A DNA stretch of 30,493 bases, taken from a virus. Lineage: Duplodnaviria; Caudoviricetes. Made by a program: the position numbers and the translations under genes. Each line of letters begins with the position of its first letter. The first letter of the stretch is position 1. Of this stretch, positions 9,649 through 17,845 are shown piece after piece. Under the pieces are notes generated by a model. That model ran no database searches. It had not been told where the DNA came from and saw nothing but the letters and a program-made list of their open reading frames with translations. The DNA lies in the IMG/VR virus record IMGVR_UViG_3300012667_000144, positions 1 through 30,493 of that record; one strand, 5' to 3'.

Positions 9649-10429
9649 AAAGTTGTTCGAACGATGGTTTACTAAAAAGCCTTACATCCGTTTCTATACA
9701 CTAGAACCGGCTGTTCGAGATTTGTTTCCTATTGTTCGAGCATCTGCTATTAAACGAAAGTTTCTAGAAGATATTCAACCGGGCGATACACCTGAGACAT
9801 TATCTTCTAAGAACTGTCCAGGTATTAAAAAATTAGTTAGCACTGGTTGGATAGTAACTGCGCCTGCAGATTTTGTTATACAAACTAACGGTGATGGTGT
9901 ATTCTTTGAGTGGGCTGAATCTTATAGGTTCACTAAAATAACACCTGGCATGGATGCATATATTTCTGGACATACCCGATCACAAGTTGAACCCTTACTA
10001 GACGATCCCGATACTACACTAAAGCAGGTAGTAAAAGTTGAAACACCGTGGCGAGTTGAGGCGAGTGACGATGTAGTATTTTTACAGATGCCAGTATCGT
10101 ATAACAATGAAAGTAGATTTCAATCTGCAACAGGCATCTTAGATCCGAAGTACGCACACTTGATTAATGTGCAATTATTCTGGAAAGAGCTAAACGGAAA
10201 GACATTAATCCGCGCAGGTACACCTCTGTGCCAATTAATACCTATTGCAAGAAAATCATTAAGTATTGCAGGATATGATGTTATTATTGATGATGCAACA
10301 CAATCTGACATAGAGAAAGAAAAAGATTTTAACTATGCATCTAACTGTGCAATCATGTCAAAAGATTCACTAAGTTCGAGACTTTCTCGAACCATAACAG
10401 TATTGAATAAGTACAAAAACAGGAGATAA
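9638..10429 (+). CDS. Uncharacterised protein with probable dUTPase-like beta fold (DUF6065-like)
   Basis: Motifs CPGI...GWIVTAPAD, KVETPW, ATGILD and IRAGTPLCQLIPI. The start is placed at ATG 9638 rather than the GTG at 9623. The family call is tentative. Confidence 0.5.
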   Translation: MLFKKLFERWFTKKPYIRFYTLEPAVRDLFPIVRASAIKRKFLEDIQPGDTPETLSSKNCPGIKKLVSTGWIVTAPADFVIQTNGDGVFFEWAESYRFTKITPGMDAYISGHTRSQVEPLLDDPDTTLKQVVKVETPWRVEASDDVVFLQMPVSYNNESRFQSATGILDPKYAHLINVQLFWKELNGKTLIRAGTPLCQLIPIARKSLSIAGYDVIIDDATQSDIEKEKDFNYASNCAIMSKDSLSSRLSRTITVLNKYKNRR

Positions 10430-10431
10430 TT

Positions 10432-10686
10432 ATGAACTTTAAAGAACAAATTGAACAAACACTTGCTCGCGTTACTAGCGAACACGCTAAGATCACTAAA
10501 GACTTAGACGCAATGGAACAAGACTTTGCTAATGTTAAGCTGAATCCATACGGCATTACTAGCATTGACTTTGGCAAACGCCAAGACCTTTCACAAGATG
10601 CTTTGAAAATGGAAGGTGTTATCATGGGACTAACCTTAGCGTTAGAAACATATAACGGAGCTACTGAGAGTGTTGCCGCAGAGTAA
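10432..10686 (+). CDS. Small acidic helical protein, unknown function
   Basis: 84 aa with a strong AGGAGA SD and a heptad-like pattern. ATAAGTA, a possible late-promoter variant, lies at 10407-10413. Confidence 0.7.
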   Translation: MNFKEQIEQTLARVTSEHAKITKDLDAMEQDFANVKLNPYGITSIDFGKRQDLSQDALKMEGVIMGLTLALETYNGATESVAAE

Positions 10687-11254
10687 TTCCGCAGTGCATT
10701 TATTTTCTCCTATAGTGTGGAAGTTCAATTATCAATTTGACTTACCATCTATTAAGGGGAAAATAGATAACTTGTTTTCTCTAGTAGAGCAGAACTCTGA
10801 GATCGAAAATGGCGATGCATTGTCAACAGTATCTGTTGATCAAGCGTTACAGCCACACACTTGGAATGAACTTGCACATTTTCAGAATTGGCTAGGCGGA
10901 AAGATTGCTGAGATTAGAAAAGAATACGACTTTGTTATAGGCTATTCTGAAGTAACACAATCATGGTGTAATCGTCACGGTAGGGGCGGTAATACATTAG
11001 AGCATACACATAGCTTCGGTACATTTGTAGCTAGTTGCTACCTCAACTGTCCACCTAACTCTGGGAACATTGAGTTTAAAGATCCTTTAGAATATCACAA
11101 GCATTCATGGCCTGTAATACCAGAGCTATCTTTTTATAAAGAAGTTCCTGTCGCAACAAATGATGTTATGATTTTTCCTGGATGGCTAAAACACAGAGTA
11201 CAACCTAATCAGACAGACAGTGAACGATTAGTTATGACATTTAATATTAAATGA
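10670..11254 (+). CDS. 2OG-Fe(II) oxygenase-fold protein (TIGR02466-like), HxH...H
   Basis: SWCN...EHTHS...CYL...EFKDP...IFPGWLKHRV...RLVMTFN. Confidence 0.85.
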   Translation: MLPQSNSAVHLFSPIVWKFNYQFDLPSIKGKIDNLFSLVEQNSEIENGDALSTVSVDQALQPHTWNELAHFQNWLGGKIAEIRKEYDFVIGYSEVTQSWCNRHGRGGNTLEHTHSFGTFVASCYLNCPPNSGNIEFKDPLEYHKHSWPVIPELSFYKEVPVATNDVMIFPGWLKHRVQPNQTDSERLVMTFNIK

Positions 11255-12051
11255 ACAAATTTAAAATATGCTATCCAGATGCTAATACCTTTGATCAGGT
11301 TATTAAACTTAAATCATTAGACGATTGGAATGTAGAATATGTTCCGCTTGCACATGATATAGGTTACTGGATCGCTGAGGATCCGTTTTTAGACAACGGC
11401 TTTGAATTGTTTAAAGAACTAATTTCTACTTTCCCCATTCAGAAAGATAACAATCACCCCGATAACTTCGATCCTAATCCATTTGACACTATACATGTAC
11501 CTGAGTGGGTAAGCAAGAATATGTGTATGTTAGTTAGAGATTTCTACCATAAGCATGTAACTACCGAAGTGTATGACCCACAAATACATGAGTGGGGCAA
11601 TGTATATTTTAAAGAACGCTCAAAACCAATTAGCTGTTGGAGAATCCCGCATATGGATTATGTGCATGGCCTGGTTGCTAACATGTGGTTCACAGATCAT
11701 TTGCCAGAAGATAGTGCCACGAAGCTTTACAAGTATCACGGAAAAGTGTATAATGATGTATATGATTTCCAACTTGATGAAAATCATCCAATGTTTAGCG
11801 AGTGGCGAGCAATGTCAGAATTCCCAAAACGATTACATGCATGGTACAATCCTCCTGAAGAAGAACTCCGTCGTTGGGGTTTTGAACTAGTAGGCGAAAC
11901 TCCTACTCGTGCAGGAACTGTTACTATGTACCAAGCGAATGTATGTCACAATCCGTTTGTATCTGAAAATATTAATTTTAGATGGAGCCATGCATTTGCG
12001 TACAGTCACGAGAAGCCAAGAGAATTATTTTTTAGAGATATCGTAAGATGA
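11251..12051 (+). CDS. 2OG-Fe(II) oxygenase-fold protein (DUF6445-like), HxD...H
   Basis: IPHMD...VANMW...TKLY...YQANVCHNP...RWS. ATGA overlap with the upstream gene. Confidence 0.7.
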   Translation: MNKFKICYPDANTFDQVIKLKSLDDWNVEYVPLAHDIGYWIAEDPFLDNGFELFKELISTFPIQKDNNHPDNFDPNPFDTIHVPEWVSKNMCMLVRDFYHKHVTTEVYDPQIHEWGNVYFKERSKPISCWRIPHMDYVHGLVANMWFTDHLPEDSATKLYKYHGKVYNDVYDFQLDENHPMFSEWRAMSEFPKRLHAWYNPPEEELRRWGFELVGETPTRAGTVTMYQANVCHNPFVSENINFRWSHAFAYSHEKPRELFFRDIVR

Positions 12052-12680
12052 ACATGGATTTATATTTTCCTACACCAATATGGTGGGAAGACACTGATAT
12101 AGATGTTACCGATATGTTAGCATTATGCTACAGACTTCGTGATAACAATCCGCAAGGCCGAAAGCTAAGTAATCAAGGCGGCTGGCAAAGTGTAGACTTT
12201 CGTCCTGGAATACATCCTGAGATGAAGGTATTAGAAGATAAAATACAAGCACAAGCTGAGCAGTGCGTTAGAGATTTTGGATACAATGAACAAACTGGAT
12301 TTATCAGTATTGAGAATTTATGGTTTAACATAAATGGAAAAGACAATACTAACAGTGTCCATGTACACGACAATAGCTTTGTGTCAGGTGCGTTTTATTT
12401 AAAAGCTAGACCCCATCAAGGCAATATTAACTTTTACAAAAGTTATTATCAAGACTTTATTATAGCATCGGCAGGAATCGTTGAGAGATATACACCAATT
12501 AGTGCAAGCGCAATTACTTACATTCCGCAGACTGGAAAGTTAGTCATGTTTCCGGGCTGGTTGCCTCATGGTGTAGAACGCAACGAGTTAGACGAGGATA
12601 GAATTTCTATATCGTTTAATGTTAAACTTATTAGGACAGATGATGAACGCTATTGGCCAACGAATCTTAAACGAAACTAA
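12048..12680 (+). CDS. 2OG-Fe(II) oxygenase-fold protein (TIGR02466-like), HxH...H
   Basis: FPTPIW, SNQGGWQS, LWFNIN...HVHDNSFVSGAFYL...FPGWLPHGV...RISISFN. Confidence 0.9.
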   Translation: MNMDLYFPTPIWWEDTDIDVTDMLALCYRLRDNNPQGRKLSNQGGWQSVDFRPGIHPEMKVLEDKIQAQAEQCVRDFGYNEQTGFISIENLWFNINGKDNTNSVHVHDNSFVSGAFYLKARPHQGNINFYKSYYQDFIIASAGIVERYTPISASAITYIPQTGKLVMFPGWLPHGVERNELDEDRISISFNVKLIRTDDERYWPTNLKRN

Positions 12681-13365
12681 TCTAACAACTGACGATAAGC
12701 CTCATTTTTTTAAACAGCTATTGTCGAATCCTAGCGAACTATTAACATGGAAAGATGTTGAAGTTTGCATGAATCGACCTGAGCTATATAACTTTGAATT
12801 AATTGACCCGCTTACTACTAATAAGATTACTATACCAGAGCATACAAAAGCATGGATATGGGATCGAAAAGTGCAAGACAAAGGATTCATGTTTGAGAAA
12901 TTACATCAAGGCCACGGGCTTGTAATAACAAACTATGGATTTTACAGCGAGCAAACCAATCATCTGTTACACATTTTTGAAAAAATGTTTGACATTAATG
13001 CGGCAATCCATGTGTATGCAGGATTACAGGGCGCAACTTCATTTCCAATACATGACGACTATCCGGCTAACTTTATTATCCAAGTAGAGGGAACAACTAA
13101 ATGGAAAGTATTCAACAATCGAATTTCGTACTTGCATAAAACTGGCACAATGAACGGCAGACTTCGAGATGAAGATTTAGATGTTGCAATTGAAGTTACA
13201 CTAGAACCCGGAGATGCATTATACATTCCGTCAAGAATGTTCCATGTTGCATACCCTACAGAAAAAAGATTAAGTATTAGCATTCCTTGCTGGAACAGAT
13301 TTAGCACAGAATCTATAACTAATTCAATTGACAGAAATTATTATAGGATTAATCATGACATTTAA
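12640..13365 (+). CDS. JmjC/cupin-4 hydroxylase (YcfD/ROX-like)
   Basis: SFPIHDD...FIIQVEGTTKWKVF...LEPGDALYIPSRMFHVA...LSISI. The start is placed at ATG 12640, after an AGGA SD. Confidence 0.85.
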   Translation: MMNAIGQRILNETNLTTDDKPHFFKQLLSNPSELLTWKDVEVCMNRPELYNFELIDPLTTNKITIPEHTKAWIWDRKVQDKGFMFEKLHQGHGLVITNYGFYSEQTNHLLHIFEKMFDINAAIHVYAGLQGATSFPIHDDYPANFIIQVEGTTKWKVFNNRISYLHKTGTMNGRLRDEDLDVAIEVTLEPGDALYIPSRMFHVAYPTEKRLSISIPCWNRFSTESITNSIDRNYYRINHDI

Positions 13366-13936
13366 ACCTATCGAAATTGAAAATGTAATCGATAAAGAGT
13401 ACCAAGAAGAGATCTATCGAGTATTAACCGATGTAAAGTTCCCTTGGCATTTCCTAGAAGATGCTACTCATGAAAAAGCGAACTCGTCGGTTAACTCTAC
13501 TCCTAGTTTTGTTAACCTAATATATCACGCTAACAATGAAGATAATCCATACCAGGAATTCTTCATGCCCTTATTAGAACAACTATTAGAGAAGAGTGGG
13601 TACACACTAACTAAGCTGTTAAGAATTCGTGCTGGATTTTTATTGAACACAAAGTATGTATTGCCTAGTCAACCATACAAGTACAATACTCCTCATCAGG
13701 ATTATACACAAGAACATTTTACCGCAGTGTACTATGTTAACGACACTGATGGCGACACAGTGGTCTTCCATGAAATTGCACCTACTGATAATTTTCATCC
13801 TATGCATAAGAGTTCTCCTAAGCAAGGTAAAGCCTTAATGTTTAACGGGTGGCATTTCCATTCAAGCACTTGTCCAAAAATGTTTACTAAGCGTATTGCA
13901 ATTACTTTAAATTTTACAGCAACTAAAAATGAGTAA
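13355..13936 (+). CDS. 2OG-Fe(II) oxygenase, HxD...H
   Basis: FPW, TPHQD, YYVNDTDGDT, PKQGKALMFNGWHFHSS, RIAITLNF. The start is placed at ATG 13355. Confidence 0.85.
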   Translation: MTFKPIEIENVIDKEYQEEIYRVLTDVKFPWHFLEDATHEKANSSVNSTPSFVNLIYHANNEDNPYQEFFMPLLEQLLEKSGYTLTKLLRIRAGFLLNTKYVLPSQPYKYNTPHQDYTQEHFTAVYYVNDTDGDTVVFHEIAPTDNFHPMHKSSPKQGKALMFNGWHFHSSTCPKMFTKRIAITLNFTATKNE

Positions 13937-14639
13937 TCAAGATTATATCAATAGCTTGATCCAGCAAGATCAAAGCAGTAAAGAATACATTCAAGATCAC
14001 GAACTAAAGAATCGATTCTTGAATCCATTCTTGCCAACTATGGTGTTTGATAACTTCTACGAAGATCCTGACCTATGGAGAAGCTATGCCCTTAGTCAAG
14101 AGTTCTACAAGGGAAATCGCGGGAGCTGGCCCGGAGTACGAAGTGAATACTTGCACAAGTTAGATAGACCATTGTTTGATTTGTTCTCAGCAAAGATTAT
14201 GATGATCCTTAAAGACTACGGGTTTACACAGTTCCATGAATTGCAAACTACATTTCAATTAATTGATGAAACATACGGACGGGGATGGGTGCATGATGAC
14301 GATCCTAAGTTTACAGTCGCAGGAGTAATATATCTAAGCCCAGATGCTCCAGAAGGATCTGGGACGACACTATATAGCGATCAAACAGACTTCAACGGCG
14401 ACCTTTACACTGAGATTTTTATGAATGATGTATTGGTAGCAGACGCAGACGAACGAGCTAAAGCTGCCAAGTATAGAGAAGAGCAAATTGCACACTTTAC
14501 CCCTACTACAGAAATAGGACATGTATACAATCGATGTATAATGTTTGATCCTCGAACTTGGCACAGTGCTGATCAGTTTTTTGGAACTGATAAAGATAAC
14601 ACTAGATTGACGCAAGTATTTTTTATTAGGGCAGTCTAA
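13929..14639 (+). CDS. 2OG-Fe(II) oxygenase (DUF6445-like), HxD...H
   Basis: DNFYEDPD, WPGVRS, GWVHDD, AGVIYLSPDAP..SGT, YNRCIMFD...WHSA...FG...RLTQVFF. Confidence 0.85.
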   Translation: MSNQDYINSLIQQDQSSKEYIQDHELKNRFLNPFLPTMVFDNFYEDPDLWRSYALSQEFYKGNRGSWPGVRSEYLHKLDRPLFDLFSAKIMMILKDYGFTQFHELQTTFQLIDETYGRGWVHDDDPKFTVAGVIYLSPDAPEGSGTTLYSDQTDFNGDLYTEIFMNDVLVADADERAKAAKYREEQIAHFTPTTEIGHVYNRCIMFDPRTWHSADQFFGTDKDNTRLTQVFFIRAV

Positions 14640-15244
14640 TGCGCAGAACTTTAAAACAACCTATAAAAGTAATTGACGATTTTTTAGAAGCGCCAACCTT
14701 ATGGCGCCACTTTGGCCTAAAGCAAAGTTTACAACCTGGAAATTATCCAGGGTTAGAATCTGAACATATCGATGCATTAAACCCTGCACTATTTCACAGA
14801 ATTGCATCTAAATTAATTAAGCACATACCAACTGCTACTTCTTTTTCTTATTTGAAGATAACATATTCGTTAGTTGACGAATCATACACCGCTGGGTGGA
14901 TCAAGCAATCAGATCCAAAGTGTAACATCGCAGGCACTATATTTTTAGATCCTGAGCCTGCACTATCCACTGGAATACAATTCTTTAATAAAGTAAAAGA
15001 TAACGATCAGAATTATTACAAAATGTTTGACGATGAAATTACTGCATCAGCTGATGAGAGAATTGGCTTTAACAAATATAAGGATGAGCAATCAAGTTTA
15101 TTCAAACGAAACATGACTGTTGAAAATGTGTTTAACAGATGCGTGTTGTTTCATCCTGACGAGTGGTATCGTGTAACTAGCTACTACGGTACCACGCTTG
15201 AGTCTTCTAGACTTGCTATTAACTTTATCGGCATTGCAATATGA
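14639..15244 (+). CDS. Catalytically degenerate paralog of the upstream DUF6445-like oxygenase (pseudoenzyme)
   Basis: Aligns end to end with 13929..14639, but GWVHDD becomes GWIKQS and WHSA becomes WYRV. The ORF is intact with a TAATG overlap. Confidence 0.75.
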   Translation: MRRTLKQPIKVIDDFLEAPTLWRHFGLKQSLQPGNYPGLESEHIDALNPALFHRIASKLIKHIPTATSFSYLKITYSLVDESYTAGWIKQSDPKCNIAGTIFLDPEPALSTGIQFFNKVKDNDQNYYKMFDDEITASADERIGFNKYKDEQSSLFKRNMTVENVFNRCVLFHPDEWYRVTSYYGTTLESSRLAINFIGIAI

Positions 15245-15858
15245 GTGAACAATACGGCTCTTTTGCCAATTACGGTTTTATAAAAGCACAGGTGCCACCT
15301 GCGTTATTAGCTAAACTACGAGATGAGGTTGCTGAACTAGATGCATCGTCACCTAAATTCAACGGGAACCTAGCAGGCAATCTAGAGTCAGAATTTAAAC
15401 TAGGCAAGAATAAAGAAGAGCTAGAAGCATTCTTACTAAACTTGTGCCACATGTATACGCAATCATGGGACTTGACTAGAACTGTAAAAGACTTGAGATC
15501 AGATAATTTAGAATTGTACAGTCATTGGGTTAACTTGCAAAAGAAACACGAATTTAATCCAATGCATTCACATGATGGCGCATACAGTTTTGCACTATGG
15601 CTAACCGTTCCATATACTATGCAAGATGAAATTAATCACCCAAGCAGTATTAACTCTAATTCGCCTAGGGGCGGAATGTTTTCTTTCATATATACTAACA
15701 TATTTGGAGAAATTAGAGAAGCAGAATTTCCAGTAGACAAAACATACGAAGGCACTGTATTTCTATTTCCTTCATGCTTGCAACACACAGTATATCCGTT
15801 CCGGAGTTCAGACGAAACTAGGATATCTATTTCGGGAAACCTAAGAAGAAGATTATGA
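15241..15858 (+). CDS. 2OG-Fe(II) oxygenase-fold protein, HxH...H
   Basis: WVNLQKKHEFNPMHSH...SFALWL...FPSCLQHTVYPF...RISISGN. Confidence 0.85.
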   Translation: MSEQYGSFANYGFIKAQVPPALLAKLRDEVAELDASSPKFNGNLAGNLESEFKLGKNKEELEAFLLNLCHMYTQSWDLTRTVKDLRSDNLELYSHWVNLQKKHEFNPMHSHDGAYSFALWLTVPYTMQDEINHPSSINSNSPRGGMFSFIYTNIFGEIREAEFPVDKTYEGTVFLFPSCLQHTVYPFRSSDETRISISGNLRRRL

Positions 15859-16466
15859 ATGATATTATAGAAATTGAAAATGTTATCCCGTTAGATTATC
15901 AAAAGCACCTGCTAGACTTAACTACTGGGTTTAATTTTCCATGGGTCTTGAATAAGAATATTGTGTCTGGTGACGAATGTTTTGCAGATCAAAAAAATAA
16001 CCCTGCTGGATTTAATCACTTCTTCTACGAAAACAACAAACCAACTAGTAACTTCTTTGATATAATTTACCCTATGGTAATGAGCATCACTAGCCAGGTT
16101 AAAGATTTACCAATAAACAGATTAATTCGTGCTCGTGCAAATTTAACACTAGCTAATCATGCCGCCGAAGCTGATCAGTTTATGCCGCACATTGACAGTT
16201 TCTTTCCACACTATGTTGCTATCTATTATGTTAACGATAGCGACGGCGACACTATTATTTTTAACGAAAAGAACGATTCTTATGATTCTGGCGAAGCAGA
16301 TATTAATAAAATTAAAACTGGCCCATTTACTATTAAGCGTCGAGTAACTCCTAAACAGGGTAAGGTATTACTATTTCCAGGCAACTATTATCACACTGCT
16401 AGCTTTTGCAAAGATTCAAAGTACAGATGTTTGATCAATATGAATCTAGGATCATTTATTTTATGA
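15855..16466 (+). CDS. 2OG-Fe(II) oxygenase, HxD...H (paralog of 13355..13936)
   Basis: IEIENVI, FPW, PHID, YYVNDSDGDT, PKQGKVLLFPGNYYHTAS, RCLINMN. Confidence 0.85.
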   Translation: MNDIIEIENVIPLDYQKHLLDLTTGFNFPWVLNKNIVSGDECFADQKNNPAGFNHFFYENNKPTSNFFDIIYPMVMSITSQVKDLPINRLIRARANLTLANHAAEADQFMPHIDSFFPHYVAIYYVNDSDGDTIIFNEKNDSYDSGEADINKIKTGPFTIKRRVTPKQGKVLLFPGNYYHTASFCKDSKYRCLINMNLGSFIL

Positions 16467-17017
16467 AAGATTACATATTACATCAATCAGAATATATTGC
16501 ATCTCACGGTAGCGATATTAGTATCCACTTAGATCAAGCCCATACGAACTTTAAGAGATTATTCCCTGCTAGTGATTCAACTTGGTCATACAACAAGTAT
16601 AACCTGTTTGCACTAACTGCGCCTTCTAGTATTTTTTATGAAATATATAAAGAGTTGCGAAATGTAGTTAGGGGACAGTTAGGCGATGATAGACCATTGT
16701 GGATACAAGCGTGGGTAAACTATCATAGACCTGAGGAAGTACTTGACTGGCATGAACACGAGTTCGACTATCATGGATATATCAGTATCGACCCTAAGCA
16801 AACTAATACTGTATTTGAAGGGTACTCTATAGAAAATAAACCTGGACAAATATATTTTGGCCCTGGATATAGAAAGCACAAAGTAGAAGTACTAGAGCCA
16901 TTTAACGGATTTAGAACTACTATTGGATTTGACATCCACGCTACGCCAGTCAACCAGTTAGTTAGAGATTACATAGAATTACCATTTGTAAACATGTCAC
17001 TAATACCATTACTATGA
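16463..17017 (+). CDS. 2OG-Fe(II) oxygenase-fold protein, HxH...H
   Basis: AWVNYH...LDWHEH...HGYISI...NKPGQIYFGPG..KHKV...RTTIGFD. The start is placed at ATG 16463 (ATGA overlap). Confidence 0.75.
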   Translation: MKDYILHQSEYIASHGSDISIHLDQAHTNFKRLFPASDSTWSYNKYNLFALTAPSSIFYEIYKELRNVVRGQLGDDRPLWIQAWVNYHRPEEVLDWHEHEFDYHGYISIDPKQTNTVFEGYSIENKPGQIYFGPGYRKHKVEVLEPFNGFRTTIGFDIHATPVNQLVRDYIELPFVNMSLIPLL

Positions 17018-17649
17018 ACGAAGATTACATCATTATTAAGAACGCAGTATCTCCTGACTTGTGCAAGTTTATTGCATTAGAGTATGAGATGATGGAAACA
17101 GTATGCCATCATTTATATCAAGGCGCAGACTTATCCGACTTGTGTAAAAATACATTTGCTAGATATAGTCCGTTGATGATGGAAGCACTAAGCGTACAGT
17201 TGCAGCCGCAAATTGAGAAAGCAGTCGGTATGAAATTATTTCCCACTTACTCGTATGCAAGAATATACTACGAAGGTAGTGAGTTGCAAGAGCACTTTGA
17301 CAGACCTAGTTCAGAGGTTACTGTTAGTGTGTGTTTAGAAAAGGGTGTAGAATGGCCGTTGTATGTTCAAAATGCAGAAGGCGTAACTCATGCACTTAAT
17401 CTTGAAGTTGGGGATATTGGGATTTACTCAGGTCGTAAGCACAAGCACTGGAGAGAACCGTTAACCGGTAAACGACATATTCAAGCGTTTTTACAATATG
17501 TAAATGCTGAAGGTGACGATGCCTGGCTAAAGTGGGATACTCGGGCTTGTTTAGGCTTACCTTTCGAGTATACTAGCCAGGCAATTCAGAATGAGCTAAA
17601 GCACATTGCTAGCGTTAAAGATATGATCGATAACGCTAGAAGAAATTAA
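17014..17649 (+). CDS. 2OG-Fe(II) oxygenase, HxD...H (cyanophage-type)
   Basis: PTYSYARIY..GSELQEHFDRPSSE...WPLY...GD..IYSG...HWREP...QAFLQYV. Confidence 0.85.
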   Translation: MNEDYIIIKNAVSPDLCKFIALEYEMMETVCHHLYQGADLSDLCKNTFARYSPLMMEALSVQLQPQIEKAVGMKLFPTYSYARIYYEGSELQEHFDRPSSEVTVSVCLEKGVEWPLYVQNAEGVTHALNLEVGDIGIYSGRKHKHWREPLTGKRHIQAFLQYVNAEGDDAWLKWDTRACLGLPFEYTSQAIQNELKHIASVKDMIDNARRN

Positions 17650-17817
17650 TTAGGCTTCTTCAACTAAGAACGGACCTGCTACGATTCTCTTAACACCGTG
17701 GCGTTCTTCAAAAATCTTGGCAGCTTCATCTCTGTTTTTAGCTTCGCAAGTATCTTCCATAACTGCTAGTGTCCCTGCTGGTTCAGGCTGTCTTAGAATC
17801 ATCTTATATGTAGGCAT
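17650..17817 (-). CDS. 55-aa small protein not in the ORF track (MPTYKMILRQPEPAGTLAVMEDTCEAKNRDEAAKIFEERHGVKRIVAGPFLVEEA)
   Basis: ATG-to-TAA ORF with an AGGAGA SD 6 nt upstream and ATAAATA just beyond it. It exactly fills the gap between the two operons. Confidence 0.8.
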   Translation of the reverse strand: MPTYKMILRQPEPAGTLAVMEDTCEAKNRDEAAKIFEERHGVKRIVAGPFLVEEA

Positions 17818-17838
17818 TGTATGTCTCCTTTTACTATC

Positions 17839-17845
17839 TATTTAT
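17839..17845 (-). promoter_or_regulatory. Late promoter motif ATAAATA for the 55-aa gene
   Basis: Overlaps the stop codon of FDH2 and sits upstream of the AGGAGA SD. Confidence 0.55.

Noticed and set aside
14639-15244. Pseudogene call for the ligand-less oxygenase
   Set aside because: The ORF is full length, coupled to its neighbours on both sides, and keeps its structural motifs.
10670-17649. 2OG-dependent radical halogenases among the oxygenases
   Set aside because: None shows the HxA/HxG motif. All intact members have HxD or HxH.
10670-17649. TET/JBP-type DNA hypermodification cluster
   Set aside because: I recognised no TET/JBP signature, methyltransferase, glycosyltransferase or thymidylate-synthase-like partner in the window, and the promoters are late-type. 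It is not fully excluded without nucleoside analysis.
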